A DNA stretch of 64,000 nucleotides from Leucoraja erinacea. Taxonomy: Eukaryota. The stretch covers positions 16,120,001 through 16,184,000 of the forward strand of contig NC_073393.1 in NCBI RefSeq assembly GCF_028641065.1. The letters run 5' to 3'. Position numbers and translations under genes: made by a program. The notes under the pieces were generated by a model that did no database searches, had not been told where the DNA came from, and saw nothing but the letters and a program-made list of their open reading frames with translations. Positions 52,301 through 61,445 of the stretch are shown here, in pieces; within the stretch, counting starts at the first letter, position 1, and every line of letters begins with the position of its first letter.

Positions 52301-55300
52301 CCATGTTCCTGCTTCTGTCCAATTTTACTGGCTTAAAGCTACATTTCCTGGCAGCCTCAGATGACGATGAAAAAGATGAGCAAGAAGATGACCTGGAGAT
52401 GTCTGATGAAAATGAGCAAGCATGCTCTAGCACTGAAAAGGATGAGAAATCAGATTCAACATTACTTAATGGCAATGATAGCAGAGGAGGCAGTGTACTT
52501 GAAACAACAGAAAAACCAATGCCAACGGACAGTCCACAAAGTAAGATTTATTTTTAAAATATTTATTTTTAGGGCTTGGCAGATGTCCTTACTTGGAACT
52601 ATGGCAGGTAAAAAATAATTGTTCAAGTTAGATGATATTAGTGAAGCTGGATTTTAACAAAATTGGATGTAATACTGGTTTTACACTGTCCAATATTGCT
52701 CCCCTTTGAATCCAACAGTGAATACAATTGGGTGGGTTTAAAGCGATCAACATGTCCAAGCCTTCTCAGTTAGTTAGAAGCAGACTACATTTTTATTTCT
52801 GTTTCTTAACTGTGAAATTTCAGAAATCAGTCTGATTACTGAAGGCACAGAAAAATGTTTAATGGAAACCTCATGGTGTGATGGTAGCAACTAAATGTGT
52901 GTTGGAGGATGCAGATATGTAACCAGTGAGGTTGATCAGAGGCATGATGAAGTTGAGTAAGTTGACAGTACCTGGACGTGCCACCGACGGACGAGAAACC
53001 GATGCAAAGAAGTCGAAGCCAAAGAACCGAATGGAAACGAGGCCGAAATGCCAAAAAACCAAAAGAGTACGAAGACGAAACACCAACTAACCGAAAGGAT
53101 GGGACGCCTAAATGCAAACTAACCGAAAGGGCGGATGCCTAAAAGCGAGAGGAGGAGAGAGAGAGAAGGGAGAGAGAGAGAGAAGGGAGAGATAGAGAAG
53201 GGAGAGATAGAGAAGGGAGATCGGGAAGGGGGAGAGAGAGGAGGAGAGAGAAGGAGGAGAGAGAGAAGGAGGAGAGAGAGAGAGAGAAGAGACAGAGAGA
53301 GGAGGGAGAGAGAGGGATGGGTGAGAGAGAAGGGGGGACGGCAGGGTGGGGGTCATTTTTCCACACAAGCCATAGGTGACTAGGCGGCCAAAGGCGCGCA
53401 TCCCTCGGGACAGCCCCCACTCTCCCACGTGCACCCACCGCGGGCTGTGGATCGAGTGGAGAGGAGGTGTGTGACAATGTTCATCCCTCCACAGTGATGT
53501 GATGGACACGGGGGTCTGGACCAATCGCTGACAAGTGATGTCCGTTATTGGACTTTTCTGCTTGTAGGAGACGCCGCCTTTCGAGTAGGTGGCATTTTGA
53601 CAGAGCAGCCATTTGGTGAGTTTGCTTTTAGGCGACGCAGCTTTTCGGTTAGTTGGCTTTTAGTAGCAATGTTACAAAATTTTGAGATTTAAAAAATCAA
53701 GTCTGCAATTTATCCCATCAGATAAAGCATAACAATAAGTTTAATTTGACACCAAATTCACTTTCATATCTCAAGTATTAAAAAAGTTATGACCATTTTC
53801 ATACTCGGAAATTAGCATCTTGTTCCCTATTGATTTTCAATGGACATTACAAAAAAGCTGTGATCTTGGATAGTCAAACGCCCATTTCTTAAGGAAAGAT
53901 TAACTTTTTTAAATAGCCTAAGTGTCCAAAGATTATTCACAAATAATTCACAATATAACATGATTTTTATATCTAATTTACATTAATTTATAGGCCAAAT
54001 GGAAGGAATTTAGTGTTCAATTGCTGTAAATAAATGCCCATTTAAATCGGCTTTCTAGTGGGTTCATGTGAACGCGCTGGTTTAGAACGTTGACATAGCG
54101 CTGGATTAGTGCCCTCAAATGCCGAGAAAAATACTGCGGGATATAAAAAGCCCAAAATGAACTATTCGTTATAGATAACTTGATGTTCAGGGTTATATAT
54201 ATGCCCCATTTAATGTAAAAATAAGGTACATACCTTTAATTGTTTGCTTTATAAAACCCTGGGGCTGCGAGAGGTTGCGAAATCAGAGAGTAATTTTAAA
54301 ACTATTATAACTATATTATCGAGGCCTATAAAACTAATAATACCTTTTGCGACCGGGTCTTGCAGCAATTTTTCGTTAATGATTTACTAGGCTGAACATG
54401 TGCGATTAGTACAGCCTAGTAAAAATCGCGTTTTAAACCCGCCCCCTCCAAACAGCGCCAAAATCGCGGACATGGCTGTGGGCAGATTCCCAATGACGAT
54501 TCAGGTAGGTTTTGTAACATACCTACTTTTAGGCGACCCATCCTTCTGGTTAGTTGCTGTTTCATCTTCGTACTCTTTCGGTTTTTTTTGGCATTCGGTT
54601 CTTTGGCTTTGACTTCTTTGCTTCGGCTTCTCGTCCGTCGGTGCCATGTCCGCACAGGCAAGTTGACACCTTATTTTAGATTACAGGAAATATTAGCTTC
54701 AATAGGATTTGCTGCAATTAGCAGTCAATCAACATACCACACAGTTAAAGTCAGCACAGATGTACTCAGTTGAACGTTGTGGATATTGACTTCATGCTGC
54801 ACAGTGAAATGGGAGAAGAAAGTTGTAGCTGAAGGTCATTCAGCAACAATTTAATACATTTGAGCAGCAGAGATCTTGGAGTAAAGCCAGAGCATCAATG
54901 TGTCTATTGATGAATATTGTGTGGCAACAAAATTAATAAATGATAAGATGGTAAAGTTAAAAATAACAATGGAGACATTGTTTGGTTCTTCACATACTCA
55001 ATGAAAAGCAAGTGAAAGAGTTTGAAGATGCATCAATCAATTCTTTTTCAGAGCCTGGTGTTCCTGTTTGCCGAGGAGAATTAAGACGTTGGAAAAATGG
55101 ATACTACACACTTATCCATGACACCAATGTGGAAAACACAGAATTTGCCCTGGACCTCTTGTTAAACTGCGGTTGTGAAGGTAAATGTGCTGATTTTAAT
55201 TTACAGGATATGTATTACACACCTGGTGTAATGCTGGATCACAACTTTGCTTTTGTTATACCATTGAGGGGAAGAGCAAAACATTCTATTGGAAAGTGCC

Positions 55301-56862
55301 AGCTTGTGATCGGATTAGGAAATTGAACATGTGTATTTCTCTGTTCCAGGCTGGGATGAGGAATTTGGTGGTGTCACTTCATACATTGCAAAAGGGGAAG
55401 ATGAAGAGGTAGGAACTGAATTAATTCAAATTAATTTCCTAAGGAGATTTAAAACGTTTGAATTAATATAGGCTTAATAAATGCTTACGCGCTGTACCTT
55501 GGTACTTGTGACACTAAAGGACCATTGAAGCATTAAATGTTATTTAGGAATCACAGTAACCAAGTCATGTTGCCTTTTGCATGCAAGTTCCAACAGACAT
55601 TGCATTCTGCAACGAATTAGACTGAATGCTGATACATCACGAGGATCAGTGTGTTACTCTCGTTATTTTTGAAGTAGATTATAGTTTTGATGGGAACTTC
55701 GGTATGATTAGTAAGTTTACAGATGGATTTTAATTTTGACAAGTGCAAGATGATGTATTTTTGGTCAGATAGATGCCGGACAATAAATGTTTGGGTGCAA
55801 ACGATGTTGATGAACAGAGGGACCTTGTGGTTTAAGCCCATAATTTACAGAGAGTAGAAATGCAGATAGTAAGTGTTGTATACAAGGCATGTTTGTCTTT
55901 ATAAATCAGTGGATATAAAGAAGAAGGGTTTCAACCTGAAACGTCACCTGTTCCTTTTCTCCAGAGATGCTGCCTGATCTCCAGCATTTTATGTTTATCT
56001 TCTGTAAAATATAAAAGTTAAAATGCTTTTCTTGCAATTTTACAAAACCTTACTTGAATTGTACTGGTCACAACATTACAGGAAGGATATGGTTACGCTG
56101 GAGATAGTGCAAATGTTGCCTGGATTGAAGTAGTTTAGTTATTGGATATTAATGATTAGATTTTTATTTTCTTGGAAGAAAAAGAGCCTGATAACTGACC
56201 TGCTAACGCTATATAAAGTTTATGGGCATAGGTAGCTATAATTATTTTCCCGTGGTGGGAAGTAATCAACACAAATGGATGTAAATATAAAATGGGATTT
56301 TAGTCAAAAGTTGTCTTTTACAGAATGCTGATTATTTAAATTTATGACCACAGGAGATAGTAATTATATTTGAGAGCCATTTAGAGAGATGTTGAAATAA
56401 GCAAAATAAGGATATGCACCTAATGTAGGCCATTAGCAATGATGCTGATGGCAAACAAAGAAATGGGGGGGGGGGGGCTGAATGACCCATTTCGGGCCTG
56501 CACTGTTCTTTAACTCTGAATCATATGGGAAGGCTCCCTGCATTGATCAGCAAGTATCTCAGCTGGATCCTATAGTTTGATCATGCACCCCCCAACTTTT
56601 TCATAAGAAAAACATAGGGAATCGTGGAGTGATGGAGAATAAATCGGGTGTTACTTTTCTATAACAAAATTCATTTTTAATTATTTATGTTGTATTTCAG
56701 TTACTTACTCTTTGTCCAGAAGACAACGCATTGGCATTGATCTACCGAGATAAAGAAACATTGAAATTTGTGAAACATATTAACCAGAAGAGCATCAATC
56801 AGTTTAACAAGAATAATAAGGGCTGTAGTTTCTGGGACATTTCCTTTGTGTATTATGAGTGA
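37132..56862 (+). CDS. OGFOD1: Prolyl 3-hydroxylase OGFOD1 (2-oxoglutarate/Fe(II) oxygenase acting on ribosomal RPS23), 13 exons, 546 aa
   Basis: Exons 37132-37282, 38918-39066, 40547-40593, 43059-43159, 44798-44914, 46619-46710, 47972-48097, 49851-49964, 51525-51604, 52227-52540, 55052-55180, 55350-55408, 56701-56862 join in frame (1641 nt). Recognisable peptides: [21 protein letters not shown] (HxD), [69 protein letters not shown]. Confidence 0.97.
37336..37745. mobile_element. Penelope-associated non-autonomous repeat(s) at the start of OGFOD1 intron 1
   Basis: GTGTAGGAAGGAACTGCAGAT..ACAAAATGCTGGAGTAACTCAGCGGGAC..GGGTGACGTTTCGGGTCGAGACCCTT, partly repeated at 37632 and again at 59110; shorter copies near 2430, 33620, 37940, 55925. 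Confidence 0.6.
39503..39792 (+). mobile_element. CR1/HER1-type LINE 3' fragment
   Basis: Near-identical to the reverse complement of 15780-16065. Confidence 0.9.
40085..40375 (+). mobile_element. tRNA-derived V-SINE (HE1-like)
   Basis: A-box-like GGCGCAGTGG, then core TGTATGGAGTTTGTACGTTCTCCCTGTGACCGCGTGGGTTT..CTCCCACATTCCAAAGAC and a LINE-like tail ending CTAAACTAAA. Confidence 0.8.
41055..41416 (-). mobile_element. CR1-type LINE 3' fragment, split by a DNA transposon (continues 42662-42722)
   Basis: CACCACCTTCTGTGTGGAAAAGTTGCC..CCTCTATAAGATC | ATAAGATCACCCCTC reads continuously once the insert is removed. Confidence 0.75.
41417..42661. mobile_element. Non-autonomous hAT-type DNA transposon (1245 bp)
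   Basis: Perfect 11-bp TIRs CAGGCACGTGC...GCACGTGCCTG and an 8-bp TSD ATAAGATC (41409-41416, 42662-42669). Confidence 0.85.
47513..47921. mobile_element. MITE-like element (Tc1/mariner-pogo type)
   Basis: Imperfect ~30-bp TIRs CAGGTCCACCACCAAGTTTCTAGCA / TGCCAGAAAGTTGATTGTAGACCTG; TA on the right flank, CA on the left. Confidence 0.5.
48396..48427. repeat. (ATTCA)n microsatellite following AATAAA, probable retroelement tail
   Basis: Six ATTCA units read directly. Confidence 0.8.
48900..49770 (+). mobile_element. Highly degenerate CR1-type LINE
   Basis: [28 protein letters not shown] remnant in ORF 49140-49328. Confidence 0.6.
53148..53338. repeat. Polypurine (GA-rich) low-complexity tract
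   Basis: ~190 nt almost entirely G/A. Confidence 0.9.
53662..54527. mobile_element. Nested TIR element inside the right arm of the 52968-54659 element
   Basis: TIRs AGTAGCAATGTTACAAAA / TTTTGTAACATACCTACT (16/18 match). Removing it restores GGCTTTTAGGCG, with an apparent TTT duplication. Confidence 0.7.
55700..56500 (+). mobile_element. Degenerate CR1-type LINE
   Basis: TTAGTAAGTTTACAGATG, GACAAGTGCAAGATGATGTATTTTTGG, TACAGGAAGGAT..AATGTTGCCTGGATTG remnants. Confidence 0.5.
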
Positions 56863-57277
56863 TTGCACATCTGCCTTCTCTGCCTAAATCATTGCATCTG
56901 ATATGGGATAAAGCGCAAACGTACTCAACACCATGGTCTTCCTGATAAAGCAGATTTCTGTGGTAATATGTGCTGGGCCATTCCAAGATCAGACACATAA
57001 CGGTCCCTGATCACAACTACATTTTCGATGGGTTGGATGTTTGGTTTTCCAGAAGTTGAGTGAGGACTTATTTGACCTGGGACAAGGTACTGCAAGTCTC
57101 ATAGAAGTGATTTAAATCTTTTTCGAACAAATGTGGTTTTTATTCCCTATTAAAAATGTCTGAACAAATGTGAATTACGTTTCCCTTAATTTATCTTGCC
57201 TAACATTGACTGCACTTTGCGGCTAACTATGTTCAGTAAGTGTTCTGGGTTGAGAGGCCCATTGGTTTCATACTTTT

Positions 57278-57288
57278 AATAAAATAAA
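57278..57288 (+). terminator. Candidate OGFOD1 polyadenylation signal (overlapping AATAAA pair)
   Basis: AATAAAATAAA ~415 nt after the stop codon. Further AATAAA at ~57483 and ~57623. Confidence 0.45.
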
Positions 57289-58359
57289 TCTCGTAATACA
57301 TGTATTGATGCTTACAACAGATTTGTTGATGCTGCTATAAACATCTGGTTAATTTGATGGTGATGTATCCTTAAGATGATAGACAACGATATGTGGGAAG
57401 CCAAGGCAAATATTATTTTATTTTCTCTCCATGATGAAATGATGCACAAAGTAACCTGACTTTGATCAGGTCACTCAGAGGCAATAAAGATGATTGGGAA
57501 GCAAAATTTATACGATGTGTAAGAGGTCATTGTCTGGAGTTTAGGATTGTGGATACATTCTCTTCATCTGACAAAACTGTTGAAATATAAAAGTAAGCCT
57601 GATACTCGCTCTTGGTGCACAAAATAAAAAAAATGATTCTAAACTTTCCACACTTTCACTGTGCACAGAGAAGAATGTGGATTAACTAACTGGAGTGGCT
57701 GCCATGATTTTGGGCAGAGAATGGTACCAATCAAAGATTGAGACAACAGTCTGGTTGATATTATAAAACTGGGAAAGGCAAATGGGATGTTAGTCTTCAG
57801 TGGTAAATAAGTTTGGTATAACTGTAATGAAGATATTAGCAAAATAAAATCTAGCCCTTTTAGTTTAGAGATCCAGCGTGGAAACAGGCTCTCTGGCGCT
57901 CTGAATCCATGCCAACCAACAATTGTTCATCCGCTCACACTAGTTTTATATTGTTCTATTTTCCCATCTACTCTTTTGAGATGTGGAATGAAGATTTATC
58001 AAATTACTGATTGATTCCTGAGAAAAGAATGTTCCTTCTGAAGGACATTCGGTCTAATGGCTCTCTGCGTTAGAATGCCTGAGATCTGGGCCTCAGAAGA
58101 AAGCAGACCTCCAGGTTCATCCAAGGTTTCTGGTTGGGGAACAGTGAGGTGGTTTTCATGGGAGAACACTCCACACATTTCCTTATGAAGTTGGTAACAA
58201 TTGGTTTGTTAACCGGGAGAGGTTTATTGCAACTTGCGCCTTGATTTGTCTTTCAGTCCAGATCTGAGGGAGCTGGATATCAGCCACCTGTTGGACGGTA
58301 GGCGAACTGCAATGGGTTACGGTTACTTGGTAGATTAGATTTAATGCATTCCATAACCA

Positions 58360-58640
58360 GCCTCTCACATGATGGTGGATGTCAAGACCACTGGACGGTA
58401 GTTGTTAAGAAATTAGATCTTGATTTTCTATGGCAGTGGGATGATAATGGTCTTTTTTAAGCAGATGTGTACCTCAGAATGGAGGAGGGGGAGATTGAAG
58501 ATGCCTGTGAACACTCCTGCTAGTTGGTCCATGCAGTTCCCATGGACATGGCCATGGGCTCTGGACCAATTATTTTCCATGGATTCACCCTCAGGAAGGC
58601 TGATCAAACTTCTGCAACAGTGACCCTGGGAAGAGTCACC
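58360..58640 (-). mobile_element. Rex1/Babar-type LINE RT fragment
   Basis: Minus-strand CMDQLAGVFTGIFNLPLLHSEVHICLKKTIIIPLP followed by a NYRPVVLT-like segment. Confidence 0.7.
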
Positions 58641-59107
58641 CATTTCATGGATTGATATTTCTGCATTATATAAAACATTGTTTTCCATGCCTATCTTGAG
58701 AGAAGTTTAGAACTAAAATTTAAGTTTAAATTGACGACATTGATATATTTTCCAAAGGCGAGGGACTTATTGGCAGTTGTTAAGAATTAAGAGGTTTAGG
58801 AAATAATAAGTTGCCATGAAACCAGCCATGTTTTTTTACAAGTATCTTCTACTGCTACATTAAAGAAACTTACAAAGAAGAGAAATCATAAACTTAGAGT
58901 GGGTACATATATACACACATATACATTAAAACATCTTTGCAGCTTTTAAGGACAAGTGAATTCAAAGCTTGAGCAAAGCTGTATAAAGCTCCACCCTGTT
59001 TATCCCCATGTTGGGGAAAGTTGATTTTTTAATAAAGTATTTTTATCATTAACACAGTAGATTTAAAATCATCCAATGGTGCCTATAGAAAAAGTAATAG
59101 TCATTTA

Positions 59108-59510
59108 CAGGAAGGTAGACACAAAATACTGTAGTAACTCAGGGGGACAGGCACCAACTCTGGAGAGAAGGAATGGGTGACGTTTCGGGTCGAGACCCTT
59201 CTTCAGGCTAATGTCAGTGGAATGGGCGGGACATAGATAGAACGTAGTCGGAAACAGTAAGACTTGTGGGAGAACTGGGAAGGGGGATGCAGAGAGGGTG
59301 AAAGCAAGGGCTATTTGAAGTTAGATAAGTCAATGTTCATACCGCTGGGATGTAGCTGTCCAAGCGAAATATAAGGTGCTGTCTATCCAATATGCGCTGG
59401 GCCTCACTTTGAGAATGGAGAAGGCCCAGGACAGAAAAATCTGATTGGGAATGGGAGAGGGAGTTTAAGTCCTGAACAAGCGGGAGATCGGTTTTAGAGC
59501 ACGGAATGAG
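59108..59510 (-). mobile_element. Penelope-like element fragment
   Basis: Shares the terminal block with 37340 and the endonuclease-end sequence with 1211-1320 (TTGAAGTT-GA-A-GTCAAT-TTCATACCGCTG). Confidence 0.65.
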
Positions 59511-60832
59511 AACCGTTGTGAAATGTTGTCATTTACAGGATTTTGCTGCAAACTTGCTCTCTTAATCTCTGCTTGTTTCATATCTATTTTTATCTGAATT
59601 AATTTTAGAAACGATAACGACCCAAGTTCACAATGGCTATTGTGCAACACCAGTGAAATGTGTGAACATGTGAAATGTGTGAACATTTTGCATTCTGGAC
59701 CTGAGATACCACACACCTACCTTATATATTGTTGTTATGTGTTTTGAGCGTCAAAAATCAAGACAAGTGAACGTAAATGCATTGTGATGCTCTCAGTGTG
59801 TAAAAAGATAACACAAAAGTTAACTCCTGTTGATGACTTAATTTATTTATTTGAATATGTTAGTTAATAATAAATTATTCTTTACCTTGCAATGACAAGT
59901 TAACTCCTTGTTATCTTAAGCACCCATAAAGAATTTTGATTATTTTTATTCACTAAGACTTTTTGGAACAATGTGCAAAGCAAGCGATCCAAAAATTCCA
60001 GGAATGTAACTAGTTGTTTCAGATGTCAAATGACACAGATTTTTTCACAATTTGAATGTAAAACTGTAACACTTAGAATGGTTGTTTCCCCCAAATATAT
60101 TACAGCAAGAAGAAAGAGCAAGACGATGATCAAACCTTCCTTGGAGCAAATAAGTGAAATCACAGGATAGAGATGGGATTGTCCTTGCTACATATCAAGG
60201 TTTAAATTTGGAAATGATACACGTGTTTGAGTTTCAGCTGCCTCTAAAATATCCCTATTGTGGGGAACATTTCCGTTCAATGTAGCAATCACATCGCCTG
60301 GAGAATCTCGCAAGGGATACGCACAAGCACTGCATGCTGTGTTATCTGCTGAGGGTGAATGTAGAGCCTCTTGTACATTTGGCTTCCCGTGAAGTTAAAC
60401 ATATTTATTCAGCGCAGGAGCAGGACTCTGCAGATCATGGAGTCGAACAACAGAAAGTTGCTGAGCCACACAGCTCCCTGCCTTCACCCCTAACAATCCT
60501 GTCAACCCCACCCCCGCCACACACACCTTGTGATAAAAACTCTGCTTCAATGTGTTTTCGAATTCTTTGAATTAGCCTCAATTTCCATTTCCAGCAGCGA
60601 GCATCTTTCTTCGCAGATCTCAACTGACGTTTGACAGCACTGAAACCGCAAAGCTGCAAGTCTGACATTTAGTTTCGTTTGCACAATATACCCCGCCAAA
60701 AAAAAAGTCCCTCAACATACCGTTATTCCCACCCACCATCCCCAAACCAACGCAGCTGCGTGGCTCAATAACTTTCTGTTGTTCGACTCCGCGGTCTCTC
60801 GTGGCTCCTCAATTGCGAAGTCGGTACTCAGT

Positions 60833-61445
60833 ATGTATGGAAAAAATGAATTTAACCCCTTCCTCATTCTGGCCGTTATTTGCACAGGTATTCTTCAAAA
60901 ACACTTGCACATGAAGCGACGAGTTCACTTAGCAAACTAATGATCATTTGTTTTGTCGCTGTTTTTAATTCATTGTGTCAGGTCTTTGGAAGGTATCTGT
61001 TCATGTGGTGTTTGTACATTAAAGCAAGTCGCCATTTCCATGGATTTGTTAAAATTAACTGAAAGACGAGAAAGTTTGTTGTTGTCCTGAGCCTTTCGTA
61101 AATATACACACTGTTTTCCGTTTATTTTTGCAGCATTCGCCAAGGTTACGCAGGTGCATCAAATGCCGGATAAAGTCTATGCATTGGTAGGGCAGAACGC
61201 GACTTTGCAATGCGCGTTCGGGCTATTTAGAGATAAAAATAACATTAGGATGTATTGGTGGAAAACAGGAGAACGGAAGTTTTTCAAAGAGGGAGAAGAT
61301 TCCAGGAAAGTGTTCCAGGTGGAATCAAAAGCGAGCGCTTCGCTTAAGATTGTGAACGTGAGATTCGGAGACGCCGGAATCTATTACTGCAGAGTGGAGG
61401 GTGAATACACTGGAAATGGAACAGGTGCAACCCTTGAAGTAAAAG
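60833..61445 (+). CDS. IgSF gene C (partial): leader + VJ-type V exon, divergent relative of genes A/B
   Basis: Leader 60833-60887 (55 nt, MYGKNEFNPFLILAVICT, phase 1). V exon 61134-61445 (VHQMP..GQNATLQC..MYWWK..DSRKVF..DAGIYYC..GNGTGATLEV) with TTTGCAG/GTGAG ends. No C1 or TM exon recognised before 64000. Confidence 0.85.

Larger units (their letters stand above)
52968..54659. mobile_element. Long-TIR non-autonomous DNA element (Mutator/foldback-like) with 9-bp TSD
   Basis: ~170-bp imperfect inverted ends (GGACGTGCCACCGACGGACGAGAA.. / ..TTCTCGTCCGTCGGTGCCATGTCC); AAGTTGACA at 52959-52967 and 54660-54668. Confidence 0.7.

Noticed and set aside
60940-60992. Alternative hydrophobic leader for gene C (MIICFVAVFNSLCQVFG)
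   Set aside because: Its best donor is phase 2, which does not fit the phase-1 V exon; the 55-nt exon at 60833 matches the family pattern.
61390-61396. CAGAGTG heptamer-like sequence just after YYC in gene C
   Set aside because: Breaks the invariant CAC, has no nonamer, and the frame runs straight into the J-like strand.
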